Assembly: GCA_945867665.1 (NCBI GenBank) | Contig: CAMBIR010000003.1 | Span: forward strand, 18,757 to 82,756 | Origin: an uncultured Bacillota bacterium | GTDB taxonomy: Bacteria; Bacillota_I; Bacilli_A; RF39; UBA660 | Length of the DNA stretch: 64,000 nucleotides | Reading direction: 5' to 3' | Part shown: positions 39,265-51,876 of the stretch, piece by piece | Numbering within the stretch: position 1 is the first letter of the stretch | How the letters are laid out: every line of letters starts with the position of its first letter | Position numbers and translations under genes: made by a program | The notes under the pieces: generated by a model | Told to the model about the DNA's origin: nothing | What the model saw: only the letters and a program-made list of their open reading frames with translations | Databases searched by the model: none

Positions 39265-41409
39265 TTATCTTTTCTTTTCAACGATTTCATAAGCCTCAAT
39301 AATATCTCCTGGTTTAATATCATTAAAGTTTTCTATCGTAATTCCACACTCAATACCACTTTTGACTTCTTTTACTTGATCCTTTTCCCGGGCTATCGTA
39401 TTAATCGCTCCATCATAAATAATGACACCATCACGAATAACTCTGGCCTTAGCATCTCGTCGAACAATTCCCGTAATCACCATTGCTCCAGCAATTGTCC
39501 CAACTTTTGAAAATTTAAATAATTTTCTAACTTCCGCACTACCTAAAATATTTTCTTCAAATATTGGATCTAACTTTCCACGCATAGCAGCTTCTACTTC
39601 TTCTACAAGTTGATAAATGATATTATAAAGACGAATATCGACATTTCTTTCTTTCGCAAAATCCATTGTTTTATTATCTGGCCTGATATTAAATCCTAAA
39701 ATAATCGCATTACTAGCAGATGCTAAAGAAATATCGGTCGGAGAAATCGTTCCAATTCCACTTCTAATAATGTTAATCTTAACACCTTCAACATCTAACT
39801 TTAATAAAGAATTCTTAACCGCTTCTTCACTACCCTTAACATCTGCTTTTAAAATAACATTAACTTCCTTAGCCCCTTCATGAATTTGCTGAAATAAATC
39901 ATCTAAAGAAACGGCCTTAGTCGTTGTTAAATTTTGATTTTTCAATTTAAGTGCTCTTTCACTTGCAATCGCCTTAGCCTTCTTTTCCGTATCAAATACC
40001 ATAAACTTATCTCCAGCCGAAGGACTTTCACTAAGGCCTGTAATCGTAACCGGCATACTAGGATCCGCTTGTACAAGAGACTCATCTAAATCATTTTTTA
40101 ATGTTCTAACTCTTCCTGCAATCGTACCAACCACAATGGCATCTCCTAAACGTAAAGTTCCATTTTGAATAAGCAAAGTACTAACAACACCTAAATTCTT
40201 ATCCATCTTGGATTCAATGACGGTACCACTAGCATAACGATTAGGATTTGCCTGATAATTTTCAAGTTCACTAATTAAAAGAATTCTATCTAATAAATCA
40301 TCAATTCCCATACCGGTCATGGCAGAAATGTTGACAAACATCACATCCCCACCCCAAGTATCCGGAACAACCCCAGCCTCAGCCATCTCGGTCATTACTC
40401 GCTCAGGATTTGCTCCTGGCTTATCCATCTTATTTATTGCAACAATAATAGGAACACCGGCTGCCCTAGCATGGTCGATAGCCTCTCTTGTTTGCGGCAT
40501 AACCCCGTCATCAGCGGCAACAATAATAATAACAATATCGGTAACACTTGCCCCTCTAGCCCGCATTTCAGTAAATGCGGCATGTCCAGGTGTATCAATA
40601 AAAGTAATTTTATTCCCTTGATAAGTAATCTGATAAGCACCAATCGCCTGCGTAATTCCTCCAGCCTCTCCTAAAACAACATTCGATTTTCGAATTGTAT
40701 CAAGAAGGGTTGTTTTTCCATGGTCAACATGTCCCATAATCGTAACAACCGGAGGTCTTTTCACCAAATCTTCTTCCAAATCTTGAATTTCTAATTCCTC
40801 AAAATTTGCCTCATCCGTAGTCTCTTCTCTTTTCAAAGTCTTTCCCATATCACTACTAATAATAGAAGCCGTATCAAAATCAATTACTTGATTTAAATTC
40901 ATCATCACTCCAAGAGACATCAGTTTCCCAATCACTTCTCCAGCTCCTACTTGAAGAACACCAGCAAACTCACCTACCGTCATTCCTTCTTTATATAAAA
41001 CAGTATCTTCTCCCATTTCAAAAGAATTAGATTTTAACTTATCTTTATGTTTATACATCTCTTTTCTCTTTTGCTTAAAATCATTCTTCTTCCTCTGAAT
41101 CATCTTATTCTTATCTCGATTCTGATTCTTTTTAGAAAATGCTTTTGAAGTATTTTTCCCACTCTCTAAAGATCTTGTATCTTCCATTTCTTCTTCAGGT
41201 AAAGAAACATCCTCACTCTTTAAAACACCTTCACGATCATCCATCTTTTCTATCTCATTATCAAGAAGAATAATCGCATCATCATCTAACATATCTGCCT
41301 CATCCAAAGCAGAAATGCCAAGACGTCGACACATTTCTAAAATTACACTTACCTCTAATTGAACATCTCCTGCATATTCTAACACACTCATCATGAGCAT
41401 CACCTCCAA
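39265..41409 (-). CDS. infB: Translation initiation factor IF-2
   Basis: GTPase motifs '[12 protein letters not shown]', 'DTPGH' and 'NKMD', plus the conserved C-terminal domains. Confidence 0.9.
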   Translation of the reverse strand: MEVMLMMSVLEYAGDVQLEVSVILEMCRRLGISALDEADMLDDDAIILLDNEIEKMDDREGVLKSEDVSLPEEEMEDTRSLESGKNTSKAFSKKNQNRDKNKMIQRKKNDFKQKRKEMYKHKDKLKSNSFEMGEDTVLYKEGMTVGEFAGVLQVGAGEVIGKLMSLGVMMNLNQVIDFDTASIISSDMGKTLKREETTDEANFEELEIQDLEEDLVKRPPVVTIMGHVDHGKTTLLDTIRKSNVVLGEAGGITQAIGAYQITYQGNKITFIDTPGHAAFTEMRARGASVTDIVIIIVAADDGVMPQTREAIDHARAAGVPIIVAINKMDKPGANPERVMTEMAEAGVVPDTWGGDVMFVNISAMTGMGIDDLLDRILLISELENYQANPNRYASGTVIESKMDKNLGVVSTLLIQNGTLRLGDAIVVGTIAGRVRTLKNDLDESLVQADPSMPVTITGLSESPSAGDKFMVFDTEKKAKAIASERALKLKNQNLTTTKAVSLDDLFQQIHEGAKEVNVILKADVKGSEEAVKNSLLKLDVEGVKINIIRSGIGTISPTDISLASASNAIILGFNIRPDNKTMDFAKERNVDIRLYNIIYQLVEEVEAAMRGKLDPIFEENILGSAEVRKLFKFSKVGTIAGAMVITGIVRRDAKARVIRDGVIIYDGAINTIAREKDQVKEVKSGIECGITIENFNDIKPGDIIEAYEIVEKKR

Positions 41410-41412
41410 TTA

Positions 41413-41664
41413 TTATATTTTCATGACTAACTCCTCATAAATATCCTCTGGCACATTAACCTCTAGCCTTCTATCTAATATTTTATTCTTTTTACAACGA
41501 TTTATGACATCAATATCTCGCTTTAAATAAGCTCCTCTGCCATTCATCTTTCCTGTAGAATCAACAAATACTTCTCCCTCTTTTGTCCGAACCACACGAA
41601 TTAACTTGTTCTTTTCTAAAATCTCTCCTGTAACAACACATTTACGCATTGGCACTTTCTTCAT
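41413..41664 (-). CDS. YlxR/DUF448 family RNA-binding protein
   Basis: 'KKVPMRKCVVTGE…RGAYL' matches YlxR. Positioned between nusA and infB. Confidence 0.7.
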   Translation of the reverse strand: MKKVPMRKCVVTGEILEKNKLIRVVRTKEGEVFVDSTGKMNGRGAYLKRDIDVINRCKKNKILDRRLEVNVPEDIYEELVMKI

Positions 41665-42901
41665 GATTATCCTCTACTTTCACCATATCATCAAGAGTCT
41701 CTTTCCCATCACTTTCTAAAGATGAAGTATCCTCCTCTAAAGGCATATCTTCTACAGAAGTATTTTCTTCTAAAACATTCTCCTTCAAAGTATCTTCTTC
41801 TTTTTTCTCTTCCTCTAGATAATTAAAATCTCCATAAGCCTCACGATACTCATTAATATTGACATCATCATATCCCTTAACTTCAATCTTATAATGCGTA
41901 AGACGAGAAGCCAACTTCACATTTTGTCCCTTCTTTCCAATCGCTAGAGACAAATTATCTTGGTTAGCAATAGCAATAGCCTCTTTCTTTTTATAATCTT
42001 TAATAAATACTTCCACATCACGAGCTGGACTTAAAGCATTTTTGATAAATTGAATCGGATTCTTATCATATAAAACAACATCAATCTTTTCATGACCAAT
42101 TTGCTTCAATACCCGATTAATACGACTACCGCCAGCACCAATAATACAACCAATTGGTTCAATATTTTCTTCCTCACTATAAACAGCAATTTTACTTCTA
42201 ACGCCAGCCTCTCTTGCAACAGAGTAAAGAATAACCTCCCCACTACTTACCTCAGGAATCTCTAACTCTAAAAGTCTTTTTAAAAAGCCATAGTGTGTTC
42301 TTGAAAGTAAAATAAATACTCCCTTTGTTCCAATCTCTAACTTAGACACATAAGCTCTCACTTGTGAACCCATCTCTAGCTTTTCCCCAGGAATAATCTC
42401 ATCTTTAGGTAAAAGACCAAAAGTCTTTCCCAAATCAACATAATAAGTCTTCGCATCTTCCCTAGCAAGAGTACCTACAACTAATTCATCCTGCTTATCC
42501 CCAAGTTCTTTAACAATCAAATCTTTTTCGGCTTCTTTCATTCTTTGAACAACAACCTGCTTTGCCGTACCAGCAGCAACCCGACCAAAATCCGTCATTT
42601 CTACAGCATCCTCAATCGTCTCTCCAATTTCAATATCGGGAACACGCGTTTTTGCAAGAGAAAGTGGAATTTGACTCTTCTCATCTCGAAAATTCTCATC
42701 ATCCACAACTGTTCGAACGGAAAACAATTTAATTTCTCCTGTTTCTGGATTAACAACACATCTTGCCGGTCCTCCCTTTTTCTTATAAGCCGCTGCCATT
42801 GCTTGTTCCATCGCTTCAACAACGATAGACTTATCAATTCCTTTCTCTTCAACAATCGCATTTAATGCTTTCATAAATTCTTTCATCTGTTTCTTGTTCA
42901 T
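41642..42901 (-). CDS. nusA: Transcription termination/antitermination factor NusA
   Basis: NusA N-terminal, S1 and KH domains ('…IGPKGQNVKLAS…') with an acidic C-terminal extension. Confidence 0.9.
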   Translation of the reverse strand: MNKKQMKEFMKALNAIVEEKGIDKSIVVEAMEQAMAAAYKKKGGPARCVVNPETGEIKLFSVRTVVDDENFRDEKSQIPLSLAKTRVPDIEIGETIEDAVEMTDFGRVAAGTAKQVVVQRMKEAEKDLIVKELGDKQDELVVGTLAREDAKTYYVDLGKTFGLLPKDEIIPGEKLEMGSQVRAYVSKLEIGTKGVFILLSRTHYGFLKRLLELEIPEVSSGEVILYSVAREAGVRSKIAVYSEEENIEPIGCIIGAGGSRINRVLKQIGHEKIDVVLYDKNPIQFIKNALSPARDVEVFIKDYKKKEAIAIANQDNLSLAIGKKGQNVKLASRLTHYKIEVKGYDDVNINEYREAYGDFNYLEEEKKEEDTLKENVLEENTSVEDMPLEEDTSSLESDGKETLDDMVKVEDNHEESANA

Positions 42902-42904
42902 CTT

Positions 42905-43153
42905 TTAATCACCTTTCTCTTTTGAAGATATATCTAAAATATAACTATCTTTTATGATATCTGCCTCATCCAAAATTGGATTCACAACATGTGTTACTTC
43001 CACGCAAGTATCCACATCAATCGGCTGTGCCCGATCAATCGTTATCCTCAAAAAATAATTACTTCCTTCCTTAACATATTCAACATTATCCACATCAATT
43101 CCCATTTCTTGAATAGGACCTTCAATTAATTCTCTTACCTTTTCTTCGATCAT
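42905..43153 (-). CDS. rimP: Ribosome maturation factor RimP (short form)
   Basis: 82 aa. 'LIEGPIQEMGIDVDNVEYVKEGSNYFLRITID' matches the RimP N-domain. Sits upstream of nusA. Confidence 0.55.
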   Translation of the reverse strand: MIEEKVRELIEGPIQEMGIDVDNVEYVKEGSNYFLRITIDRAQPIDVDTCVEVTHVVNPILDEADIIKDSYILDISSKEKGD

Positions 43154-43425
43154 AAATCCCTCCTAAAATAAGATAAAAAGTGGACTTTCAAGAGGCCACT
43201 TTTTCATCAAGATAATCTTATTATAGCATAATAATTCCAATCCAACAACACTTTTTTCATGATAATACCAAATTACAGATAGAAAAAAGTAAGATAGTAT
43301 AAAATTGGTTTGACTGTCCAAAAAAGAGAACCCCTCAATGAAGTTCTCATTCCCAAAATAAACCTTTATTTTATCCAAGAAACTTCAAAATCAATAACCG
43401 AAAAAAGAAATCAGTATTTTATCCA

Positions 43426-45399
43426 TCAAAACCGAACATACTCACCCGTATTATAAATTTTTCCATCGATTTTTAAATAAATCGCATATTTACCACTAAG
43501 ACCCTCTGCATTAATATACCAAGTAACCGCAAGTCCCTTTTCTGTCTCTTCCTCGCTAAATACATCCACACATAAAGCCGTATATGGTTTTTTACTAATA
43601 CTAATTGGATAAGAATAACTCCGCATTTTCTGATATAAAATAACCTCAACATCAGTCCCTTTCTTAAAAGTACCCGTAAAAACCAAACGATCAATTTCCT
43701 TAGAAAACTTTATCGCATGCGAATCATACTCTTTATCAATAGAAACGCTTTGAACAATTGGAGTTATCTCTGTTTTACCAATCGTTGTTTCTCCTAAACT
43801 ACCAATTCTTTTTGCACTTCCTAAATAAACACCCTCTTTATCTTGATATAACGCCATCTTCTCTACTCGGTAATTATTCGTTGGCAACTTAAGTTCAAAA
43901 ATAACATTTCCATCCATAAGTTCCACCGTATCACTAACCAGTGTTGTATTTTTAGAAAATCCCGCCGGTTGATTAGAATTTTTTCCATCTACATAAACGA
44001 TTCCTCCTGAATGAATAATATAATGATTACTCCCTAAATAATCCACATCAGAAATATAAGGAGAATAAAAGGAAGCCCCTCTTTCTTTTCCATATTCAAA
44101 TACCTGTTCAATCGTCATCTTTTTCGTATCAATCCGATACATAACTCCTCTTGAATAACTATTTGTAGCATCAACATACTCATCTTTATTCTTTGATTTA
44201 TTATTTCCATTATCAAAAAGAAAAACATACCCCTCAGGCGTAATCATCGCTGCATGTTGACTCCATTGCCATTCAAAATTAGTCCCATCCACTGGTTTAA
44301 AGAAATACTTTTGATATTCCGGACTCCAATTTGTTGAATCCCCAATAATCCAGTTTAATTTTCCTGTATCATAATCAATATTAATTACTGCATCTTGATG
44401 TCTACCCGATAAAGTAATAGAATTACTCTTCTTGTCATACCAAACCGAATTATTATGAAACCAATCATAAGCACTCCAATTCTCACTCTTTCCATCTGTC
44501 ATCTTTAAAACATCTTTTAAATCAAATTTCCGAACAATCTCTCCCGTCTTTCGGGATAGTTCCACAATATAATCTTCAACCGTACCATCATCATTATAAA
44601 AATCATCACTAGCAACCAAAAGATTCCCATTCTCCATCTCATAATAATCATGATGATATCCCCCTTTTAAACTATACTCTACAATAACTTTCCCTAGCAA
44701 ATTCATCTCATATAAACCAGTCATATAATAAGGGTTATTAATCAGTCTCTCAGTACTTAAAAGTAAATTTCCATTTTTTAGCCTGTCTACTTTCCACAAA
44801 GCATAATTAGACAAATACCATCGAACATCCCCATTAACATCATAAGCACAAGTATATCCCGTACTAGATGGCGTATAAAAATATAATTCATTTTCTAACT
44901 TACTTTTATCCGCATAAACCGAAGTAGGCAAAACAAAATTATCCGGTAATTCTTTTGTTTTAATCAAAACCTCTTTCCTAATCTCTTTATCCCCTTCTGT
45001 ATACTCAACCAAAATACGATTATCCTCCCCCGCATACAATCCATAAATAGGCAAATAATGTTCTTTTGTTTTTTCAAAAGTATGAGAAAAAGTACTAAGT
45101 TCATCCTTTCCCTCAACAGTAACTTTTACAGAAACCTCACTTGAAGTCTCAAATAAAATAAGTGCCGTCAGTGGAGAATTCCCATAAGGATCAATCACCA
45201 CATTAGGATTATCAATCGTATACCCCTTAATTTTAAACTGCCTCTCTAACTCTTCTTGCTTTTCAATCAAACTACTTACCTCATCTACCGCAGCATAATT
45301 TTGGTTATCTTCATCAAACTTTAAATAAAGACAAACAAAAACTAAAAGAACCAAAACAATACTTAGTCCAATAATTTTATTTCTCTTTCTCTTCATCAT
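43426..45399 (-). CDS. Arylsulfotransferase (ASST) family protein, secreted
   Basis: 657 aa with an N-terminal signal/TM. The beta-propeller-like composition and the 'HHDYYEMENGNLL' and 'WSQHAAM' motifs are ASST-like. Confidence 0.55.
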   Translation of the reverse strand: MMKRKRNKIIGLSIVLVLLVFVCLYLKFDEDNQNYAAVDEVSSLIEKQEELERQFKIKGYTIDNPNVVIDPYGNSPLTALILFETSSEVSVKVTVEGKDELSTFSHTFEKTKEHYLPIYGLYAGEDNRILVEYTEGDKEIRKEVLIKTKELPDNFVLPTSVYADKSKLENELYFYTPSSTGYTCAYDVNGDVRWYLSNYALWKVDRLKNGNLLLSTERLINNPYYMTGLYEMNLLGKVIVEYSLKGGYHHDYYEMENGNLLVASDDFYNDDGTVEDYIVELSRKTGEIVRKFDLKDVLKMTDGKSENWSAYDWFHNNSVWYDKKSNSITLSGRHQDAVINIDYDTGKLNWIIGDSTNWSPEYQKYFFKPVDGTNFEWQWSQHAAMITPEGYVFLFDNGNNKSKNKDEYVDATNSYSRGVMYRIDTKKMTIEQVFEYGKERGASFYSPYISDVDYLGSNHYIIHSGGIVYVDGKNSNQPAGFSKNTTLVSDTVELMDGNVIFELKLPTNNYRVEKMALYQDKEGVYLGSAKRIGSLGETTIGKTEITPIVQSVSIDKEYDSHAIKFSKEIDRLVFTGTFKKGTDVEVILYQKMRSYSYPISISKKPYTALCVDVFSEEETEKGLAVTWYINAEGLSGKYAIYLKIDGKIYNTGEYVRF

Positions 45400-45510
45400 A
45401 TAATCATCTCCTCTTTAAGTAAATCATAAAATAAAAGAAGAAAAAAAACAATAAAGAGATAGTTGAATAGACTAAACCATAAGTTGAATTAGTACCACTA
45501 TCTCTTTTTT

Positions 45511-46380
45511 CTATTTTATTTCGATTAATTCATAATCACGTTGACCAAAACCAAGCAAAGACGACGATTCAATAGTATGTATACCATTTCTTGACTCAAT
45601 TCTCTCTATCAAATGATCTCTTCCCTTATCATTAGACTGATATACTAAGTCAATACAAGCCTGATCAAGCGCAATTGGATCTGTTGATGCCAAAATACCA
45701 ATATCCTCCATACAAGGATCTTCTGCAACAGCACAACAATCACAGTCAACAGACATATTACACATAATATTAATACAACAAATATTATCTTTAAAATACT
45801 TACAAACTGCCGAAGCCGCATCTGCCATTGCTTCTAAAAATTTATCATGATCAGCCGTCCACAAATCTTCTGGCCTCCCAGCCCCATGAATATATGCCTT
45901 ACCATAGGAAGAGGCAAAACCAATTGAAAGTTGTTTCAAAGCCCCACCATATCCTCCCATAGGATGTCCTTTAAAATGAGACAAAACCAAACAAGAATCA
46001 TAATTTTCTAAATGAGAACCAACATAATCTTTCTTAATTACCTTACCATCAGGAATATCTAAAACCAAATCATCTCCATCACTATCCAAAATATCAACAT
46101 CAAAAATTCGACTCCAACCATGTTTTTCCATTAACTTAGTATGTGCCTCTGTCGTATTTCTAGCACCATCATAAGCCGTATTACATTCAACTACAGTACC
46201 ATCAACATAATCAATCATAGGTTCTAAAAACTCCGGACGCAAAAAATTCTGATTTCCATCTTCACCAGAATGAACCTTTACCGCAACACACCCAGTTAAA
46301 TTAACCCCCATTTTCTGATAAATCTTAATCACATTATCAGGTGTAACATCTCGAATAAAATAAACTTTACTTTTCATCAT
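45511..46380 (-). CDS. DUF362 domain protein (putative Fe-S protein)
   Basis: 289 aa with a Cys-rich C-terminus 'CCINIMCNMSVDCDCCAV'. Confidence 0.5.
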   Translation of the reverse strand: MMKSKVYFIRDVTPDNVIKIYQKMGVNLTGCVAVKVHSGEDGNQNFLRPEFLEPMIDYVDGTVVECNTAYDGARNTTEAHTKLMEKHGWSRIFDVDILDSDGDDLVLDIPDGKVIKKDYVGSHLENYDSCLVLSHFKGHPMGGYGGALKQLSIGFASSYGKAYIHGAGRPEDLWTADHDKFLEAMADAASAVCKYFKDNICCINIMCNMSVDCDCCAVAEDPCMEDIGILASTDPIALDQACIDLVYQSNDKGRDHLIERIESRNGIHTIESSSLLGFGQRDYELIEIK

Positions 46381-46627
46381 ATCAAATCCTTTCTAATCAT
46401 TATTCTATACCAAATAAATAGAATATAAACAAAAAAATACTGAAGTTTCTTCATTCCACATCCTTAACCTAGGAATTACATTCAATAAATTTATCATTTC
46501 ATAAAAATATAGTTATTTATATCCCCTACATTTATAATTAACGTAACATATTTCTTTTAAAAAACTAGAGTAATTTTAAGAGTAATAAAAGAAAAAAGCC
46601 TTATTGCATAAGACTTTAAATACATAA

Positions 46628-46701
46628 TATGGTGCCGTAAGTAGGAATCGGACCTACGTTAAAGCCTTACCATGGCCTCGTAATACCATTATACTATTAC
46701 G
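46628..46701 (-). tRNA. tRNA-Thr (anticodon GGT)
   Basis: Folded by hand. Acceptor GCCGTAA/TTACGGC, T-arm GTAGG-TCCGATT-CCTAC, anticodon loop A-T-GGT-A-A, CCA encoded. Confidence 0.65.
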
Positions 46702-46719
46702 GCAAGATATGGTCTTCAT

Positions 46720-47526
46720 TTAAGAAAACCAAATTAATTTAATATATACAATAATTGCGATAATAATTCGATAAAATGCAAAAACAGCAAAATCATGTTT
46801 TTTAATATAACGAAGTAAAAATTTAATACTAATAACACCTACAACAAATGAAGTTAAAATACCAACAATAACTTCAGCCGTAAAAGTAAGTTCTCCTATT
46901 TTCAATACCGCTGCCCCCGCAATAATAGGAACCGACATCAAAAAAGTAAATTTAGTAATAGCCTCTTTGCTAAGTCCCATCAACCTTCCTGCTAAAATCG
47001 TTGTTCCACTTCGAGAAAATCCAGGAAAAACAGCAAAAGCTTGCGAACATCCCACTAAAAATGCCTGCTTTAAAGTAATCTTCTCAAAAGAAACCTCTCG
47101 CTTTTTATAATGTTTGCTAGCCCATTTATCACCAGCATAAATAAAGACTCCCATCAAAGCAAGCAACAATGCAATTGCCCATATTTGATTTCGAAAAAAA
47201 CCTTCAATAATATCATCTAACAAAACCCCAACCAGTGCTGCGGGAATAGTGGCAACAACCAAATACCAAAACATTTTTCCTTCTCTAGTATTCTCTTTTT
47301 TAAATAAATTCTTGCTTGCACCAATAAATAAGTTCAACCATTCTTTAAAGTAAATGACTAATACCGCAAGTAACGTTCCAAAATGAAGAGCAATATCAAA
47401 TGCCATTGACGATTCTCCCCACCCCAACAAGTAAGGAACTAAAATCAAATGTGCTGAAGATGAAATAGGTAAAAACTCTCCAATTCCTTGAACAATTCCT
47501 AACACAATACATTTTATAATAGCCAT
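46720..47526 (-). CDS. uppP: Undecaprenyl-diphosphatase
   Basis: 'GIVQGIGEFLPISSSAHLIL' BacA/UppP signature. Confidence 0.85.
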   Translation of the reverse strand: MAIIKCIVLGIVQGIGEFLPISSSAHLILVPYLLGWGESSMAFDIALHFGTLLAVLVIYFKEWLNLFIGASKNLFKKENTREGKMFWYLVVATIPAALVGVLLDDIIEGFFRNQIWAIALLLALMGVFIYAGDKWASKHYKKREVSFEKITLKQAFLVGCSQAFAVFPGFSRSGTTILAGRLMGLSKEAITKFTFLMSVPIIAGAAVLKIGELTFTAEVIVGILTSFVVGVISIKFLLRYIKKHDFAVFAFYRIIIAIIVYIKLIWFS

Positions 47527-47655
47527 ATCTTTGCCCTTCTTTCCATTCCTGTATTATTATATCATGGAATAATTTATTTGTAAATATAGTTTAAAATAAT
47601 GTCATATATTGATAACTTGCGTAAAATATATTAGATAAAAAAGGAGGTAAAAATC

Positions 47656-47832
47656 ATGTATTACTATGGTGGTTATAGCGGAGGCTATAACAATTCATGC
47701 GGTTGCTGCAACAACACATACCCTTCATACGGTGGATACGGATATGGCAGCGGATATGGCTATAGTGCAGCAATCATTTTAGTATTATTTATTTTATTAG
47801 TAATTATAATCGGTGCTAGAGTAGCCGTATAA
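47656..47832 (+). CDS. YjcZ-like small Gly/Tyr/Cys-rich sporulation protein
   Basis: 58 aa, 'MYYYGGYSGGYNNSCGCCNNTYPSYGGYGYGSGYGYSAAIILVLFILLVIIIGARVAV'. Strong RBS 'aaggagg'. Absent from the ORF track because it is under 60 aa. Confidence 0.5.
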   Translation: MYYYGGYSGGYNNSCGCCNNTYPSYGGYGYGSGYGYSAAIILVLFILLVIIIGARVAV

Positions 47833-47913
47833 CTTTACTTTACAAGAAAAGGAAAAATTTCCTTTTCTTTTTCTATAATTTGTGTTAATATATATTCACA
47901 AGGAAGTGATTTT

Positions 47914-48462
47914 ATGCTTAAAACGAGTGATATATTAGACGAAAAAGACAAAAGAATTCGTGCCAAAAATACTGATGTTGAATTTCCTTTAAAAAAAGAA
48001 GAGAAAAAATTAATTCATGATATGTTAGAACACCTTTACTTTTCTCAAATAGAAGAAAAAGCCAAAAAATATAACCTAAGACCAGGTATGGGACTAGCAG
48101 CCCCTCAAGTTGGTTTAAATAAAAATTTCTTCGTTGTTTGCCACGAAGAAAAAGAAAATACTTTCAAAAATTATGTTCTAATCAATCCTAAATTAATTTC
48201 TCACTCTGAAGAACTAATCTATTCCTCTGGAGGAGAAGGATGTCTAAGTGTAAATAGAGATATTGAAGGAATTGTTCCCCGCTATGCTAGAGTAACTTTT
48301 GAAGGATATGATGAAAACGGAAAAAAAATAAAGTATCGTGCCAGAGAAGAACTATCAATTGCCTTTCAACATGAAATGGATCATCTTCAAGGAATACTAT
48401 TTTACGACCACATTGACCCCAAAGACCCATTTAAAAATGCTGAATTCATGCGTGAAATTTAA
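47914..48462 (+). CDS. def: Peptide deformylase
   Basis: 'GLAAPQVG', 'EGCLS' and 'QHEMDHL' motifs. Confidence 0.9.
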   Translation: MLKTSDILDEKDKRIRAKNTDVEFPLKKEEKKLIHDMLEHLYFSQIEEKAKKYNLRPGMGLAAPQVGLNKNFFVVCHEEKENTFKNYVLINPKLISHSEELIYSSGGEGCLSVNRDIEGIVPRYARVTFEGYDENGKKIKYRAREELSIAFQHEMDHLQGILFYDHIDPKDPFKNAEFMREI

Positions 48463-48579
48463 AAACCACAACTATTTTTTTAGATGTGGTCTTTTTTTTT
48501 CTTAAAAATTTTTAAAAACTACTCATACAAATTTTAAAATTACCTCTAATAATTTCAAAGAATGATATTCCTAAAAACT

Positions 48580-49227
48580 TTATTTCAATAAATCAATTTC
48601 ATTAATCTTATCCCGGCACTTAAAAACAGGAGCATAACTAAGACGATGATACTTACAAATTCCATACTCTTCCAAAGCCAGTAAATGCTTTTTCGTTCCA
48701 TACCCCTTATTATGAGCAAAGTCATACATTGGATAAATTTTATCTAACGCATACATTTCCCTATCCCTAGTAACTTTAGCAATAACAGAAGCAGCCGCTA
48801 TCGATAAACTTTTACTATCTCCTTTAATAATAGACGTCGTAGGAATTTCCAACGCTAACGGCATAGCATCAATTAAAACATGCTCTAGTTTGAGTTTATG
48901 ATTTGCCTCATCAATAGCCATCTTCATTGCTATCTTTGTTGCCTCATAAATATTAACTTCATCTATCTTTTCAGGAGAAACACGCCCTATTCCAATAGCA
49001 AGAGCATCTTGCATTAAAATTTCATAAAACTTATCCCGCTTTTTTTCCGATAACTTTTTAGAGTCTGTTAAACCCTCTAACTCGTAATGAAGAGGCAAAA
49101 CCACACAAGCAGCAACAACATTACCAACTAGAGGCCCTCGACCCACCTCATCAACTCCAGCAATCACCTGAATTCCTTCCCGAATTAATTTTTCTTCATA
49201 TTGATACATCTCTTCCATCTTTATCAC
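48580..49227 (-). CDS. rnhB: Ribonuclease HII
   Basis: '[18 protein letters not shown]' RNase HII N-terminal motif. Confidence 0.85.
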   Translation of the reverse strand: MIKMEEMYQYEEKLIREGIQVIAGVDEVGRGPLVGNVVAACVVLPLHYELEGLTDSKKLSEKKRDKFYEILMQDALAIGIGRVSPEKIDEVNIYEATKIAMKMAIDEANHKLKLEHVLIDAMPLALEIPTTSIIKGDSKSLSIAAASVIAKVTRDREMYALDKIYPMYDFAHNKGYGTKKHLLALEEYGICKYHRLSYAPVFKCRDKINEIDLLK

Positions 49228-49487
49228 CTAAAATTATTTCGGTTACGAAAAAGTTCATTTCCCTGAAGAGCATTCATATTCTCTTGCAATCTCTTAACTC
49301 TCCCCTCAGCACTATTTGCCTCTAATATTTCCTTTCTCCTATCTTCCTTCTTGCAAATATTATACATCTTATTAAAATGTTCTCTTCTGCCATCATTATA
49401 TTTTTTAATCTCCTTGTAATTGTGATTAGCTTGCCACTGACGATCAACTACTTTTGATAAATCACTAACTCTTTTTTGAATTTCCAT
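49224..49487 (-). CDS. Hypothetical small basic protein
   Basis: 87 aa ORF that overlaps the rnhB start by 4 nt. Confidence 0.35.
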   Translation of the reverse strand: MEIQKRVSDLSKVVDRQWQANHNYKEIKKYNDGRREHFNKMYNICKKEDRRKEILEANSAEGRVKRLQENMNALQGNELFRNRNNFR

Positions 49488-49543
49488 AACATTCCTCCTA
49501 ATACCAATTCATTATACAATAAATAAAATAAAAAAGAAAGAAG

Positions 49544-51876
49544 CTACTTAGATATAACTTCTCCATCATTTTCATTATTCATTCCAAATAAATAATAATA
49601 AATATCCTGATAATTTTTTACCAAAACTAAGTCCAAACTCTTTTTTACCTCTTCTGGTACCTCTTCCAAATCTTGTTTATTCAAATAAGGAATAAATACC
49701 CGTTTTATCCCATTTACCGTCGCTGCAATTAATTTTTCTCGGATTCCACCAATAGGAAGAATCTCTCCCCTTAAAGTAATTTCACCAGTCATACTAATTT
49801 CATTAGAAACTACCTGATTTTTTAACAAACTAATAATAGCACTAACAACAGCAACTCCAGCACTTGGACCATCCTTTAAAGAAGCCCCTTCTTCAATATG
49901 AATATGAAAATCTCTAAATTGAAATAACAAATCATCAATTTCAAAAATAAAAGCATTACTCCGAACATAACTAAAAGCAACCTCAACACTCTCAAGCATT
50001 ACCTTACCAACGTTTCCTGTAACTTTTAAATTACCCTCTCCCTTATAAGAAGCAACCGATATTTTTAAAATTTCACCACCATAAACCGTATACGCCAAAG
50101 CATTAACAACACCACTAACCACCAAATCTTCATTTTGTTGATGAAAATACTTAGGCATTCCCAAATAAGTACTTAAATTTTTATCATCAATAACGACATT
50201 TTTAATATCATTAGTAATAACCTTTCGGCAAATTTCTTCAATCTTCCTTTTTAATTCTCTAGCCCCAGATTCCCTCGTGTATTCCTCAATCATTTTTAAT
50301 ATTGCACTATCATCAATAACAACATTATTATCTTTAATATGATATTCCTTAAAAAGTTTTGGAATCAAATGTTTTCTTGCAATTTCTCTCTTATCATAAT
50401 TCGTATAACTACTTATTTCGATAATTTCTAATCTATCTCTTAAAGCACTAGGAATTTTCGAAACATCATTTGCTGTCAAAATAAACAATACCCGAGACAA
50501 ATCAAACTCTTCTTCAATATAATTATCACAAAAATGACTATTTTGCTCATTATCAAAAACCTCTAACAAACAAGAAGCAGGGTCCCCATGATAATCCTTA
50601 GATAATTTATCTACTTCATCAATCAAAAATACCGGATTATTCACCCCAACTTTTTTCATTCCCTGAATAATTTTACCAGGACTAGATCCTAAATAAGTTC
50701 TACGATGTCCAACAATTTCAGCCTCATCAGATATTCCACCAACACTAATTTTGACAAATTTCTTATCCAAGGCCTCAGCAATACTTCGAGCCAAAGTTGT
50801 CTTCCCAACACCAGGGGGACCAACCAAACAAATAATGGTACTCTCCATTTTTTTTATCTTCATCGCAACCGATACAAATTCAACAATTCTCGATTTAACC
50901 GTATCCAAGCCATAATGACTCTCATTTAAAACTTCCTCTACCTTTTCCTTTTGGTAGCGCCCCCTACTTCCTTCATACCAAGGTAAATTAAGTAACCAAT
51001 CAATATAACTACGAATAATCGTTACTTCAGGAGAAGCATCAGTTGACAAAGTATAACGCTTTAGTTCCTCTTCTAAACGAACTCTTACCCGATTAGGTAA
51101 TCTTTTTTCTTGAATTCTTTTCTTTAAAAGATTCGCCTCCGTATCCTTAATCGTAAATTCTCCTAATTCTTCTCGCATAATCCGAATCTTTTCCCGAAGC
51201 AAATAATCTCTTTGGGAAGAATCAATTTTCTCCTTTAAAGAAGACTCTATCTCATTTTCAAGTTGAATTGTTTCAATTTCTCTTTTTAAATCTTCCAAAA
51301 GCAAATGTAAGCGAACAACAGACTTAGTATGCCTTAAATACTTTAATTTCTTAGAATAAGAAATTGGTAGCTCTGCACAAATAATATCCGTAAGTTTTCC
51401 AATATCATCCACCCCTGTAATTTTACCAATCACACTATTTCCTATCGAAGAAGAATCAATATAAGTATTAATCTCCCGAAACAAAATTCTCCGAAGGGCC
51501 GTAACCTCTAACTCATCACTCTCTTCAACTGGAAGAGAAATCACAAATGAATCAATATAACCATAATCATTTAAAATATAATTAACAACCTGTACTCTTT
51601 CTAACCCCGCTATAACAATTCTCTCATTCCCCGAAGGTAAAGTCAATCTAGATTTAATTTTACCAACAACGCCTATCGTTGGCAAATCATCCAAGCTAGG
51701 ATTCTCTTCTAAAGGATCATTCAAATTTAATACCAAAATTTGTTGATCATAATACTTATAAGCCGTTTCCAAAACAATTCTATCCTTAGAACTACTAACC
51801 TCTAAACGAATCTCGTTGTAAGGAAATAAAACAGTACTTTTCAATAGTAAAACCGGTAAATTTGTCTGAACCATAT
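49544..51876 (-). CDS. lon: ATP-dependent Lon protease (LonA)
   Basis: LON N-domain, 'GPPGVGKT' Walker A, and 'DGPSAG' Ser-Lys dyad region. The start is taken at the internal Met, which has an RBS 'gaaggaag'. Confidence 0.9.

Noticed and set aside
43163-43378. 71-aa ORF between the ASST gene and rimP
   Set aside because: It sits in an intergenic region containing a terminator-like hairpin (gtgg…ccac plus T-run) and the probable rimP-nusA promoter, and it has no RBS. It is spurious.
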